64,000 nt of DNA from Eledone cirrhosa (Eukaryota). The translations under genes were made by a program, and so were the position numbers. Below the pieces are notes generated by a model. The model was not told the origin of the DNA. It saw only the letters and a list, made by a program, of their open reading frames with translations, and searched no databases. The stretch spans positions 25,792,001-25,856,000 of the forward strand of contig OZ024758.1 of the NCBI GenBank assembly GCA_964016885.1, given 5' to 3'. Below are positions 11,455-25,127 of the stretch, in pieces; position 1 is the stretch's first letter, and each line of letters begins with the position of its first letter.

Positions 11455-12425
11455 CATCATTATTATCCTCATCGTTTAACATCAATCTTCCACGCTAGCA
11501 TGGGTTAGACGGGAGTTGTCCCACTTGAGGCAAGATTGGTCGGGTGTCCGTGTCTCGCTCATATAGGACTATCTGGCAGTTTTTCTACGGCTGGACGCCC
11601 TTCCTAACACCAACCACATTTAGAGGATGGACTGGGAACTTTTTACTGTGTTACCTACACGGCCACATTACAGCGTGGACTGTCTGGCGGGTTTTCTACG
11701 GCTGGACGCCCTTCCTAACACCAACCACATTTAGAGGATGGACTGGGAACTTTTTACTGTGTTACCTACACGGCCACATTACAGCGTGGACTGTCTGGCG
11801 GGTTTTCTACGGCTGGACGCCCTTCCTAACACCAACCACATTTAGAGGATGGACTGGGAACTTTTTACTGTGTTACCTACACGGCCACATTACAGCGTGG
11901 ACTGTCTGGCGGGTTTTCTACGGCTGGACGCCCTTCCTAACACCAACCACATTTAGAGGATGGACTGGGAACTTTTTACTGTGTTACCTACACGGCCACA
12001 TTACAGCGTGGACTGTCTGGCGGGTTTTCTACGGCTGGACGCCCTTCCTAACACCAACCACATTTAGAGGATGGACTGGGAACTTTTTACTGTGTTACCT
12101 ACACGGCCACATTACAGCGTGGACTGTCTGGCGGGTTTTCTACGGCTGGACGCCCTTCCTAACACCAACCACATTTAGAGGATGGACTGGGAACTTTTTA
12201 CTGTGTTACCTACACGGCCACATTACAGCGTGGACTGTGTGTTTTTATTTTGTTGTGACACCTACACGACCTCATTAGTTAGGACTAGATGTTGTGGTAC
12301 CAACATAACTTTACAGAGAGAGGGTGGTGTTGGTGGGAGTGGGAGGATGGAGTAGGGGTAGTGGGTTGGGGTGTATATTTGGTTAAGAGGTACCTACTGA
12401 CTGTAGGTCTCGCTTTGTACATAGG
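11455..12425 (-). mobile_element. Family B element with ~6 copies of a 111-bp internal unit
   Basis: 37-codon periodicity in the 11544 ORF. Flanks match other family B copies. Confidence 0.85.
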
Positions 12426-12629
12426 TCTATATATATATATAATAGAAATAGACAGATATCTCATAGATGCAATGAAGATGCACTTTCAGTGTAATAACTT
12501 AGGTAAATATCTAAAAAAATATCCATATTTGAGAGTACTGTACTTTATTGATACATAATATTGAAAAAAGAATTTAAATAAAAGGACAGCTGAGATTATT
12601 GATCCATCGAAGTAAATATATATGGTAGT

Positions 12630-14312
12630 TACGGAGTAGGTAGACCCAGAAAAACCTGGGACGATCTGATAAATTCCGATCTTACACACTTGCACCTCTC
12701 TAAGACAATGTCACTGGACCGAGATCTTTGGCGCTAAGCAGTAATACAGAAGACCCGCCTTGCCTATGTACAAAGCGAAATCTACAATCAGTAGGCATCT
12801 CTTAACCAAATATACACCCCAATCCACTGCCCCTACCCTACCCTCCCACTCCCACCAACACCACCCTCTCTGTAAAGTTGGTACCACAACATCCAGTCCA
12901 AATAAATGAGATAATGAGATTGAGATCGTGTAGGTGTCATGAGAAAAAAAACACACAGTCCACGCTGTAATGTGGCCGTGTAGGTAACACGGTAAAAACC
13001 TCCCAGTTCCACACTGTAAACGTGGTTGGTGTTAGGAAGGGCATCCAGCCGTAGAAAACCCGCCAGACAGTCCACGCTGTAATGTGGCCGTGTAGGCAAC
13101 ACGGTAAAAACCTCCCAGTTCCACACTGTAAACGTGGTTGGTGTTAGGAAGGGCATCCAGCTGTAGAAAACCCGCCAGACAGTCCACGCTGTAATGTGGC
13201 CGTGTAGGCAACACGGTAAAAACCTCCCAGTTCCACACTGTAAACGTGGTTGGTGTTAGGAAGGGCATCCAGCTGTAGAAAACCCGCCAGACAGTCCACG
13301 CTGTAATGTGGCCGTGTAGGTAACACGGTAAAAACCTCCCAGTTCCACACTGTAAACGTGGTTGGTGTTAGGAAGGGCATCCAGCCGTAGAAAACCCGCC
13401 AGACAGTCCACGCTGTAATGTGGCCGTGTAGGCAACACGGTAAAAACCTCCCAGTTCCACACTGTAAACGTGGTTGGTGTTAGGAAGGGCATCCAGCTGT
13501 AGAAAACCCGCCAGACAGTCCACGCTGTAATGTGGCCGTGTAGGCAACACGGTAAAAACCTCCCAGTTCCACACTGTAAACGTGGTTGGTGTTAGGAAGG
13601 GCATCCAGCCGTAGAAAACCCGCCAGACAGTCCACGCTGTAATGTGGCCGTGTAGGCAACACGGTAAAAACCTCCCAGTTCCACACTGTAAACGTGGTTG
13701 GTGTTAGGAAGGGCATCCAGCTGTAGAAAACCCGCCAGACAGTCCACGCTGTAATGTGGCCGTGTAGGCAACACGGTAAAAACCTCCCAGTTCCACACTG
13801 TAAACGTGGTTGGTGTTAGGAAGGGCATCCAGCTGTAGAAAACCCGCCAGACAGTCCACGCTGTAATGTGGCCGTGTAGGTAACACGGTAAAAACCTCCC
13901 AGTTCCACACTGTAAACGTGGTTGGTGTTAGGAAGGGCATCCAGCTGTAGAAAACCCGCCAGACAGTCCACGCTGTAATGTGGCCGTGTAGGCAACACGG
14001 TAAAAACCTCCCAGTTCCACACTGTAAACGTGGTTGGTGTTAGGAAGGGCATCCAGCCGTAGAAAACCCGCCAGACAGTCCACGCTGTAATGTGGCCGTG
14101 TAGGCAACACGGTAAAAACCTCCCAGTTCCACACTGTAAATGTGGTTGGTGTTAGGAAGGGCATCCAGCCGTAGAAAACCTGCCAGACAGTCCTATATGA
14201 GCGAGACACGGTCACCCGACCAACCTTGCCTCAAGTGGGACAACTCCCGTCTAATCCATGGTAGCGTGGAAGATGGAAGTTAAACGAAGATGATGATGAC
14301 GATGATGATGAT
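12630..14312 (+). mobile_element. Family B element with ~11 copies of a 112-bp internal unit
   Basis: RTE C-terminal remnant (GRPRKTWDDLINSDL), a 112-bp period at ~12960-14190, and a (GAT)n tail. Confidence 0.9.
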
Positions 14313-14649
14313 TCTTTTTATTTAATATTCCTTGACAATGTACTTTGCTTCTGGCAAAAAATTGTTCAGCAAATGCACATTTCATGTCAGCATCAGCTGG
14401 TGTAATGGTGCAGCTAATAACTCAAGTATTAAATAATTATTATGCAGACCAGAGTGAGCAGGGATTCCAAAATAGAAATTAAACCTTCCAAAGTTTATAA
14501 AATCTCCTGAAAATGCATACAATTCCATTACTACAACTTCATGTATAAAATTATACACAAAACTGCACAGCCCGAGGGATTTAGTTAATAGGTGCATTGT
14601 GTGTGCGTATGTGTTTGCAAGTTTATATGCATGCGAGTGTATGTGTGTG

Positions 14650-15268
14650 TCATCATCATCATCATCATCGTTTAACGTCCGTATTCCACGCTCGCATGGG
14701 TTTGGACGGGAGTTTTCCCACTTGAGGCAACAGTGGTTGTCTTGCTCGCATAGGACTGTCTGGCGGGTTTTCTACGGCTGGATGCCCTTCCTAACACCAA
14801 CCACATTTACAGTGTGGGGCTGGGAGGTTTTTACCGTGTTGCCTACACGGCCACATTACAGCGTGGACTGTCTGGCGGGTTTTCTACGGCTGGATGCCCT
14901 TCCTAACACCAACCACATTTACAGTGTGGGGCTGGGGGGTTTTTACCGTGTTGCCTACACGGCCACATTACAGAGTGGACTGTCTGGCGGGTTTTCTACA
15001 GCTGGATGCCCTTCCTAACACCAACCACATTTACAGTGTGGGGCTGGGAGGTTTTTACCGTGTTGCCTACACGGCCACATTACAGCGTGGACTGTGTGTT
15101 TTTTTGTGGTGACACCTACACGATCTCATTTGTTTCGGGCTGGATGTTGTGGTACCAACATAACTTTACATTGAAAGGGGTGGTGTGTATGGGGTGTGGG
15201 TGGTGGGTACGGGGGTGTATTTTGTTAGAGGTGCCTACTGACTGTAGTAGGTTTCACTTTGCACTTAG
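14650..15268 (-). mobile_element. Family B element with 3 copies of the 112-bp unit
   Basis: Same unit and flanks as other family B copies. Confidence 0.85.
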
Positions 15269-15269
15269 G

Positions 15270-15279
15270 TAAGTGTGTG

Positions 15280-15328
<49 letters not shown>

Positions 15329-15467
15329 ATGTGTATGCAAGTTTATATGTATGCAAGTGTATGTGTGTGTGTGTGTGTGGATGTGTATGCAAGTTTATAT
15401 GTGAGTGTATGTGTGTGTGTGCGTGTATGTGTATGCAAGTTTATATGTATGCGAGTGTATGTGTGTG

Positions 15468-15498
<31 letters not shown>

Positions 15499-15619
15499 AT
15501 GTGTGTATGTGTATGCAAGTTTATATTTGAGTGTATGTGTGTGTGTGTGTATATATATGTGTGTGTGTGTGTGTATGTGTATGCAAGTTTATATGTATGC
15601 GAGTGTATGTGTGTGTGTG

Positions 15620-15650
<31 letters not shown>

Positions 15651-15719
15651 ATGTGTATGTAAGTTTATATGTGAGTGTATGTGTGTGTGTGTATGTGTAT
15701 GCAATTTGTATGTATGTGA

Positions 15720-15769
<50 letters not shown>

Positions 15770-15800
15770 ATAAACTTGCATACATACACATACATATATA
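15270..15800. repeat. Compound (TG)/(TA) minisatellite with a GCAAGTTTATAT spacer
   Basis: Direct reading of the sequence. Confidence 0.9.
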
Positions 15801-15857
15801 ATGCACCTATTAGCTAAATAGTGTGGGCTATGCAGTATTGTGTATATATGTATATAT

Positions 15858-15909
15858 GATATTCCTGATGATTTCATATAAATGAAATAGGTCTAGTCTT
15901 GTAGAAGTC
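15858..15909 (+). ncRNA. Hammerhead motif, diverged relative of 10215-10267
   Basis: attc-CTGATGA-tttcatataaat-GAAA-tagg tctagt cttg-TA-gaag, isolated between TA repeats. Stems are weak. Confidence 0.55.
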
Positions 15910-16104
15910 ATATATATATATATATGGTGGAGCTGAGCTGGGAGGATACCAAATCTCTTGCAGAAGACTGCAGAGGATGAAGATCTTTTGGTACTGCCCA
16001 ATGTTCCACATGGAAAGAACTAACTAACATCATAGAGAGTTCTTATCTACTCTTTTCTATCTATTGGTAATGACCAGTTCCTTGGAATTTATTCTCTAAT
16101 TCTG

Positions 16105-16742
16105 CCACCTCTCTAAGACAATGTCACTGGACTGAGATCTTTGGCGCTACACAGTAATACAGAAGACCCGCCTTGCCTATGTACAAAGCGAAACCTACAG
16201 TCAGTAGGCACCTCTTAACCAAATATACACCCCAACCCACAACCCCTACCCTGTCCTCCCACTCCCACCAACACCACCCTCTCTGTAAAGTTGGTACCAC
16301 AACATCCAGTCCGAATAAATGAGATAATGAGATCGAGATCGTGTAGGTGTCATGACAAAAAAACACACAGTCCACGCTGTAACGTGGCCGTGTAGGTGTC
16401 ACAACAAAAAAACACAGTCCACGCTGTAATGCAGTCGTGTAGGTGTCACGACAAAAAAACACAGTCCACGCTGTAATGCGGTCGTGTAGGTGTCACGACA
16501 AAAAAACACAGACCACGCTGAAATGTGGCCGTGTAGGTAGCATGGTAAAAACCTCCAAGTCCACACTGTAAATGTGGTTGGTGTTAGGAAGGGCATCCAG
16601 CCGTAGAAAACCTGCCAGATAGTCCTATATGAGCAAGACACAGTCACCCGACCAACCTTGCCTCAAGTGCGACAACTCCCGTCTAACCCGTGCTAGCGTG
16701 GAAGATGGACATTAAACGAAGATGATGATGATGATGATGATT
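16105..16742 (+). mobile_element. Family B element (1 full unit plus short sub-repeats)
   Basis: Matches the flanks of 12630-14312. Confidence 0.85.
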
Positions 16743-16968
16743 CAGTTATAAGGACTAGATCATTTGCATAACTTTGATAGGTTTAGACCAGTATTGGCCC
16801 AGGCCATCTCTAACTTATTAGCACCAAGGAGTTCCCAAAGGCAGTCAGTTTTAAATTCCTCTGTTAAAGCCAGAGAATAATAAACAGGAGAGGGCTAGAA
16901 CAGAGCCCTGATCGACCCCTACTTGCACACACATGTGTGTGTGTGTGTGTGTATAGCTATATGTATTT

Positions 16969-17305
16969 ATCATCATCATTTCATTTTACGTCCGCTTTTC
17001 CCTGCTTGCAAGGGTGGGGCGGGAACTGATTCTGGCTTGATTTCTACAGCTGGATGCCCTTCCTAACACCAACCTCATTTACAGTGAGTGCTGGGTGCTT
17101 TTTTGCCGTGGCACCTCCACGACCACTTTGCAGTGGAATGATAGGGACCCCAGTCCCTATCATCTCATTTCTACAGCTGAGTAAACTGGAGCAATGTGAA
17201 ATAAAGTCTCTTGCTCAAGGAAACAACACATCACCCGGTCTGAGAATTGAACTCACAACCTTTCGATTGCAAGGCCAATGCTCTAACCACTAAGCCATGT
17301 GCCTC
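16969..17305 (-). mobile_element. SINE family A
   Basis: Full copy. Confidence 0.9.
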
Positions 17306-17398
17306 ATTGAATATTTACTCCCGAAATCTGTCGAGTGCTCTGAATCAGTTATAAACATTTATATTTGTTGAATTTCCAACAAATTAAATATCCTTATA

Positions 17399-17429
<31 letters not shown>

Positions 17430-17433
<4 letters not shown>

Positions 17434-17634
17434 ATAATAATTACGAAAACCAAAATCCGAAGAGGGCTCCATAAGGATTGTGTATATATATTTATATATG
17501 TATATATAAACCCATAGAGCAAATATTTATTGTTCAAGCAAAGAATTTCTGCTTTAACCCTATTACGGGATCTTCAAAAGATCCTGTAATAAGGTGAAAG
17601 CAGAAATTCTTTGCTTAAACTTTAATCTCTATTA

Positions 17635-17637
<3 letters not shown>
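17430..17637 (-). mobile_element. Penelope-like fold-back insert with degenerate hammerhead (same family as 42118 and 51743)
   Basis: Inverted arms at 17535-17620 contain TGAAGA...GAAAGCA...TGCTT. The tail is homologous to 51743-51840. Flanked by (TA)n. Confidence 0.65.
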
Positions 17638-17677
<40 letters not shown>

Positions 17678-17682
<5 letters not shown>

Positions 17683-17862
17683 GTGGTTACACAACAGTTA
17701 GTTCACCATACCGAGAACAATTGTTTCACCTTAGCGGATCTTCAAAGGTGAAACAATTGTTCTCGGTATGGTGAACTAACTGTTGTGTAACCACTTCTAC
17801 CTAACTCGTCCCTTGGACCGAGTGCTCTACCACTACGGATATTACCTTCCAGTGTTCCACCA
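17678..17862 (+). mobile_element. Penelope-like fold-back insert with truncated hammerhead
   Basis: Perfect arms at 17678-17799. The minus arm reads TGAAGA-t cc gctaa gg t-GAAA-CAATTG-TT, with a palindromic stem III. Confidence 0.65.
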
Positions 17863-18039
17863 CTATATATATATATATATAGTTCACTTGTTTGTCTTTT
17901 TAAAGGAGAAATGAGCAAAATTCAATGAAATAAAAATAAAAATAAAAATAAAAATAAAAATTTGAAAATAAGCCAAAATTTTAAGAGCTGTTGAATATTG
18001 TAAATGTGAGAATGAAAGTAGCAATGAAGATTTCCAAAA

Positions 18040-18228
18040 TAATTGTTTCTACTTTTGGCACAAGGCCAGCAATTATCCCAGTGCATTACTGGTACTTTAT
18101 TTTATCAACACTGTAAGGATGAAAGGCAAAGTTAACCTCGGCGGGATTGAACACAGATCGTAAAGGGACGTAACTCTATGCTTCAAAGCAAGGCGTCCGG
18201 CCCTCTACCGATACTGCCAATCCACCAA
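18040..18228 (-). mobile_element. Nin-domain SINE
   Basis: Contains the motif CTTTGCCTTTCATCCTTAC...GATAAAATAAAGTACC. Other copies at 48225-48405, 55362-55548 and 63596-63782; fragments at 53977-54073 and 59410-59692. Confidence 0.8.
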
Positions 18229-18269
18229 AATAATGGGAAAATTCTTTTATTGCAGAGAGTTCTGTGAGA

Positions 18270-18740
18270 GTAAGAGAGAAGAACAGGGAGAGGGAGAGAG
18301 GCGAGACAGAGGGGCGAGAAGAGAGAGACAAAGAGAGGGGGACAGCGACACAGAGGGAGAGAGGGGGACAGACAGAGGGGACATGTGCGAGAGAAAGACA
18401 GACAGACAGAGAGAGAGAGAGAGAGAGAGAGTGCTACACAAGGGCGCAAGAGAGAGACAGAGAGAGACAGATAGACAGAGGGGAAGTGTGTGAGAAAGAG
18501 AAACAGACAGACAGACAGAAAGAGAGAGTGCTACATAGAGGGGGGCGAGAGAGAGAGAGGGTGCTACATAGAGAGGGCGAGAGAGGGTGCTACATAGAGG
18601 GGGCGAGAGAGGCAGTGCTACATAGAGAGGGTGAGAGAGAGAGAGGGTGCTACATAGAGGGGGCCAAAGAGAGAGTGCTACATAGAGGGGGCGAGAGAGA
18701 GAGTGCTACATAGAAGCGGTGAGAGAGACAGACAGACAAA
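18270..18740. repeat. GA-rich low-complexity tract with GTGCTACATAGAG sub-repeats
   Basis: Direct reading of the sequence. Confidence 0.85.
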
Positions 18741-18819
18741 CTAAATAAAGACTAAACAGTGGTGAATCTGGTTTAACCCCCCCCCCCTCCCCAACAACAA
18801 AAACTATATTTAACTGATT

Positions 18820-21390
18820 AAACATAGACAGAAACTTTCCAGTAATGGCTGTAAACATAGACAGAGAACTCTCTAGTAATGGCTGTAAACATAGACAGAG
18901 AACTCTCCAGTAATGGCTGTAAACATAGACAGAGAACTCTCTAGTGATGGCTGTAAACAAAGACAGAGTAACTCTCCAGTAATGGCTGTAAACATACACA
19001 GAGAATTCTCTAGTAATGGCTGTAAACATAGACAGAGAACTCTCTAGTAATGGCTGTAAACATAGACAGAGAACTCTCTAGTAATGGCTGTAAACATAGA
19101 CAGAGAACTCTCTAGTAATGGCTGTAAACATAGACAGAGAACTCTCCAGTAATGGCTGTAAACATACACAGAGTAACTCTCTAGTAATGGCTGTAAACAT
19201 AGACAGAGTTACTCTCTAGTAATGGCTGTAAACAAAGACAGGGTAACTTTCCAGTAATGGCTGTAAACATAAACAGAGAACTCTCTAATAATGGCTGTAA
19301 ACATAGACAGAGAACTCTCTAGTAATGGCTGTAAACATAGACAGAGAACTCTCCAGTAATGGCTGTAAACATACACAGAGAATTCTCTAGTAATGGCTGT
19401 AGACATAGACAGAGTAACTCTCCAGTAATGGCTGTAAACATAGACAGAGAACTCTCTAGTAAAGGCTGTAAACATAGACAGAGAACTCTCCAGTAATGGC
19501 TGTAAACATAGACAGAGTAACTCTCTAGTAATGGCTGTAAACATAGACAGAGTAACTCTCTAGTAATGGCTGTAAACATAGACAGAGTTACTCTCTAGTA
19601 ATGGCTGTAAACAAAGACAGGGTAACTTTCCAGTAATGGCTGTAAACATAAACAGAGAACTCTCTAGTAATGGCTGTAAACATAGACAGAGTTACTCTCT
19701 AGTAATGGCTGTAAACAAAGACAGGGTAACTTTCCAGTAATGGCTGTAAACATAAACAGAGAACTCTCTAATAATGGCTGTAAACATAGACAGAGAACTC
19801 TCTAGTAATGGCTGTAAACATAGACAGAGAACTCTCCAGTAATGGCTGTAAACATACACAGAGAATTCTCTAGTAATGGCTGTAGACATAGACAGAGTAA
19901 CTCTCCAGTAATGGCTGTAAACATAGACAGAGAACTCTCCAGTAATGGCTGTAAACATAGACAGAGAACTCTCTAGTAATGGCTGTAAACATAGACAGAG
20001 AACTCTCCAGTAATGGCTGTAAACATAGACAGAGTAACTCTCTAGTAATGGCTGTAAACATAGACAGAGTAACTCTCTAGTAATGGCTGTAAACATAGAC
20101 AGAGTTACTCTCTAGTAATGGCTGTAAACAAAGACAGGGTAACTTTCCAGTAATGGCTGTAAACATAAACAGAGAACTCTCTAGTAATGGCTGTAAACAT
20201 AGACAGAGAACTCTCTAGTAATGGCTGTAAACATAGACAGAGAACTCTCTAATAATGGCTGTAAACATAGACAGAGAACTCTCTAGTAATGGCTGTAAAC
20301 ATAGACAGAGAACTCTCCAGTAATGGCTGTAAACATAGACAGAGAACTCTCCAGTAATGGCTGTAAACATAGACAGAGAACTCTCTAGTAATGGCTGTAA
20401 ACATAGACAGAGTAACTCTCCAGTAATGGCTGTAAACATAGACAGAGAACTCTCTAGTAATGGCTGTAAACATAGACAGAGAACTCTCTAATAATGGCTG
20501 TAAACATAGACAGAGAACTCTCTAGTAATGGCTGTAAACATAAACAGAGAACTCTCCAGTAATGGCTGTAAACATAGACAGAGAACTCTCCAGTAATGGC
20601 TGTAAACATAGACAGAGAACTCTCTAGTAATGGCTGTAAACAAAGACAGAGTAACTCTCCAGTAATGGCTGTAAACATACACAGAGAATTCTCTAGTAAT
20701 GGCTGTAAACATAGACAGAGAACTCTCTAGTAATGGCTGTAAACATAGACAGAGAACTCTCTAGTAATGGCTGTAAACATAGACAGAGAACTCTCTAGTA
20801 ATGGCTGTAAACATAGACAGAGAACTCTCCAGTAATGGCTGTAAACATACACAGAGTAACTCTCTAGTAATGGCTGTAAACATAGACAGAGTTACTCTCT
20901 AGTAATGGCTGTAAACAAAGACAGGGTAACTTTCCAGTAATGGCTGTAAACATAAACAGAGAACTCTCTAATAATGGCTGTAAACATAGACAGAGAACTC
21001 TCTAGTAATGGCTGTAAACATAGACAGAGAACTCTCCAGTAATGGCTGTAAACATACACAGAGAATTCTCTAGTAATGGTTGTAGACATAGACAGAGTAA
21101 CTCTCCAGTAATGGCTGTAAACATAGACAGAGAACTCTCTAGTAAAGGCTGTAAACATAGACAGAGAACTCTCCAGTAATGGCTGTAAACATAGACAGAG
21201 TAACTCTTTAGTAATGGCTGTAAACATAGACAGAGTTACTCTCTAGTAATGGCTGTAAACAAAGACGGTAACTTTCCAGTAATGGCTGTAAACATAAACA
21301 GAGAACTCTCTAGTAATGGCTGTAAACATAGACAGAGAACTCTCTAGTAATGGCTGTAAACATAGACAGAGAACTCTCTAGTAATGGCTA
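18820..21390. repeat. 34-35-bp minisatellite (~75 units)
   Basis: Unit AACATAGACAGAGAACTCTCTAGTAATGGCTGTA. Confidence 0.97.
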
Positions 21391-21728
21391 CACCAATCAA
21401 TAAACTTGAGGCAACATTTACAAAACTGAAATGTATGTTATTTCATATAACATAACCTTAGTTATTAGTGTGTGTGTGTGTGTGTGTGTATCTGTGTGTA
21501 TGTATGTGTGTGTGTGTGTATCTGTGTGTATGTGTGTGTATGTGTGTGTATCTGTGTGGGTGTATGTGTCTGTATCTGTGTGTGTGTGAGCATGTGTATC
21601 TGTGTGTGGTGTGTGTATGTGTATTGTATCTGTGTGTGTGAGCATGTGTATCTGTGTGTGGTGTGTGTATGTGTATTGTATCTGTGTGTGTGAGCATGTG
21701 TATCTGTGTGTGTGTGACGGAGTGAGCG

Positions 21729-21760
<32 letters not shown>

Positions 21761-21886
21761 CCGTCTAAACCCATACAGGCGTGGAAGATAGACATTAAAC
21801 GATGATGATGATGATGATGATATATATATATATACATGCATGTGTGTGGTGGTGTGTGAGTGATGGTGTGTGTGTGTATATATATA

Positions 21887-22080
21887 GGAGAAAGTATGAC
21901 CCCCGACGGCAGAGCTCATGCCGTTTCGACGGCTATTTCTGGACAGAAATGGCAGTCGAAACGGCTTGAGCTCTGCCGTCGGGGGTCATACTTTCTCCCA
22001 TTACCCACTCTACTACCCTAAGTATTGAGTACTCTGGTGCGTTATGTTCCATCTGGTTCCTTACCACAACTCCTCCGTTA
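21887..22080 (+). mobile_element. Penelope-like fold-back insert with hammerhead 3' half
   Basis: Arms at 21887-21998 carry GAAA-cggc ttgagctct gccg-TC. The CUGANGA half is missing at the fold point. A relative lies at 26519-26674. Confidence 0.65.
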
Positions 22081-22086
22081 TATATA

Positions 22087-22163
22087 TGTGTGTGTGGTGT
22101 GTGTTGTGTGTGTGGTGTGTGTGTGGTGTGTGTGTGTGTGGTGTGTGTGTGTGTGGTGTGTGT

Positions 22164-22202
<39 letters not shown>

Positions 22203-22219
22203 TGTGTGTGTGTGGTGTG

Positions 22220-22265
<46 letters not shown>

Positions 22266-22450
22266 TGTGTGGTGTGTGTGTGTGTGTGTGTGTGTGTTGT
22301 GTGTGTGGTGTGTGTGTGTGGTGTGTGTGTGTGTGTGTGTGGTGTGTGTGTGGTGTGTGTGTGTGGTGTGTGTGTGTGTGTGTGTGTGTGTTGTGCGTGT
22401 GTGTGTGTGTTGTGTGTGTGGTGTGTGTTGTGTGTGTGGTGTGTGTGTGT

Positions 22451-22541
<91 letters not shown>
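22087..22541. repeat. (TG)n microsatellite
   Basis: Direct reading of the sequence. Confidence 0.97.
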
Positions 22542-22629
22542 AACAACAGAGTTAAAACTGCTAGGTAATGTCAATTTGTTTTAATGCCGCCAATGAAAGC
22601 CATTAATGTCACACATGGAGGAAGACAGG

Positions 22630-23141
22630 AACAGCAATGACAGCAGCAATGACAGCAGCAGCAACAACAACACCAACAACACCAACAGCAACAACAACAC
22701 CAACAACACCAACAACACCAACAGCAACAACAACACCAACAACACCAACAGCAATAACACCAATAACACCAACAACACCAACAACACCAATGACAGCAGC
22801 AGCAGCAACACAACAACAACGCCAGCAGCAATGACAGCAGCAGCAGCAACACAACAACAACGCCAGCAGCAATGACAGCAGCAGCAGCAACAACAACACA
22901 ACAACTACGCCAGCAGCAATGACAGCAGCAGCAGCAACACAACAACCCCACCAGCAGCAATGACAGCAGCAGCAGCAACACAACAACAACGCCAGCAGCA
23001 ATGACAGCAGCAGCAGCAACACAACAACCCCGCCAGCAGCAATGACAGCAGCAGCAGCAGCAGCAACACAACAACAACGCCAGCAGCAATGACAGCAGCA
23101 GCAACACCAGCAGCAACGACAGCAACAACAACAACAGCAAT
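22630..23141. repeat. (CAA/CAG/CAC) compound trinucleotide repeat
   Basis: Direct reading of the sequence. Confidence 0.95.
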
Positions 23142-23264
23142 AACCTACCTATATATTCAACTTGATGTATAATAATCTAAAGATTAATTAATTCTTAACG
23201 AGTGTAGGGAAGGTGCTTAATGAAGGTTGAGGGAGTGTAATAAGTGTGTCACACAGACACACAT

Positions 23265-23319
23265 TATATATATATATATATATACATATACATAAATATA
23301 CATACATATATACAAAAAA

Positions 23320-23351
<32 letters not shown>

Positions 23352-23361
23352 ATAAATATAC

Positions 23362-23400
<39 letters not shown>

Positions 23401-23515
23401 AATATATATATATATAAATATATAAATATATATATATAAATATATAAATATATATATATATATACATAAATATACATATATATATATATATATATACATA
23501 AATATACATATATAT

Positions 23516-23582
<67 letters not shown>

Positions 23583-24027
23583 CATAAATATACATATATA
23601 TATAAATATATATATATACATAAATATACATATATATATATATATACATAAATATACATATATATATCATCATCATTCATCATTTCATTTTACGTCCGCT
23701 TTTTCCCTGCTTGCAAGGGTGGGACGGGAACTGATTCTGGCTTGTTTTCTACAGCTGGATGCCCTTCCTAACACCAACCTCATTTACAGTGAGTACTGGG
23801 TGCTTTTTTTCCGTAGCCCCTACACGACCACTTTGCAGTGGAATGATATGGACCCCAGTCCCTATCATCTCATTTCTACAGCTGAGTAAACTGGAGCAAT
23901 GTGAAATAAAGTGTCTTGCTCAAGGAAACAACACATCACCCGGTCTGAGAATTGAACTCACAACCTTTCGATTGCAAGGCCAATGCTCTAACCACTAAGC
24001 CATGTGCCTCCATATATATATACATAA

Positions 24028-24064
<37 letters not shown>

Positions 24065-24083
24065 AATATATATATATACATAA

Positions 24084-24128
<45 letters not shown>

Positions 24129-24297
24129 AATATACATATATATATATATACATAAATATACATATATATATATATATATACATAAATATACATATATATA
24201 TATACATAAATATACATATATATATATAAATAAATATACATATATATAAATATATATACATAAATATACATATATATATATAAATATAAATACATAC

Positions 24298-24347
<50 letters not shown>

Positions 24348-24348
24348 C
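23265..24348. repeat. (TA)n/TACATAAATATACA array with a SINE family A copy (23667-24010, minus strand) inserted in it
   Basis: The same compound array lies on both sides of the SINE. Confidence 0.9.
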
Positions 24349-24407
24349 ATGGAGAAAGAAGAATTTCAAAGAAGAGATATATTGTTTCTTTTGAATATTT
24401 CATATTC

Positions 24408-24459
<52 letters not shown>

Positions 24460-24716
24460 TAAATTGTGTTTATATGTACAAAATGGAATAAATATTTAGA
24501 AAAAAAAACATTTAGGGGAAAAGAAAAAAACATTTTTTTTAAATTGATTGATTTGTTTTTGTTTTTGTTTTGCTTTGCCTTGTTTTGTTTTGCTTTGTTT
24601 TGTTTTGTTTTGTTTTGTTTTTAAAGAGAAAAGAGAGAGAGAGACAATAAAATAAAATAACAATAACAATAATAGTGGGGTGGGGTGGGGGAGAAAAAAA
24701 GGTGAAAATATCTTAC

Positions 24717-25127
24717 CAATGAAGGACTGAAAGGAATTGACAAATTATTGCCAGATATTGTGATAGTGTGAACACTGGGTGTAACAGTGACAGTACTATT
24801 GGGTGAAGACTCAACAGATGTAGAGACCACAGCAGTAGGGCTAATCATGTGAATGACATTTTCAGTAAGGTTGCTGCCTGCTTCCATGGCAACAATAGTT
24901 TCTGCTTTCCTGTTGTCACCATCAGCAGAAGCTTTTGCTTTCAGCCGCTGCTGCTTCTGCTGCTGCTGTGGTGGTGGTGGTGGTGGTGGTGGTGGCACTA
25001 GGTCAGAGTTGTCATCAGTTACACAGCTGCTTGCAGCACTGGTTGCATCTGCTGAAGGTCGGTTAGTGGGTATAGTTTGGGCAGTCTTGATCTGTGACTG
25101 CTGTTTGCCCTCCTCCACAGAGGACAT
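24717..25127 (-). CDS. Probable first coding exon of the host gene (Ser/Thr/Pro/Gln-rich N-terminus; exon begins at 25144)
   Basis: Acceptor tttgtatttcAG before 25144, an in-frame TAG upstream of the ATG at 25127, and 137 open codons MSSVEEGKQQ...PPPPPPPPPQQQQ...IPFSPSL. Phase-0 donor TTG|GTAAGA. Confidence 0.8.

Noticed and set aside
11544-14215. MPFLTPTTF... ORFs (also near 14.6, 17, 23.7, 44, 54 and 62-63 kb)
   Set aside because: Conceptual translations of SINE or family B repeats.
14382-14597. Possible extra minus-strand exon (acceptor near 14507)
   Set aside because: All three frames hit stops before a convincing donor.
18820-21390. CRISPR-like 34-bp periodicity
   Set aside because: Head-to-tail repeats with no unique spacers, no cas genes and a eukaryotic context.
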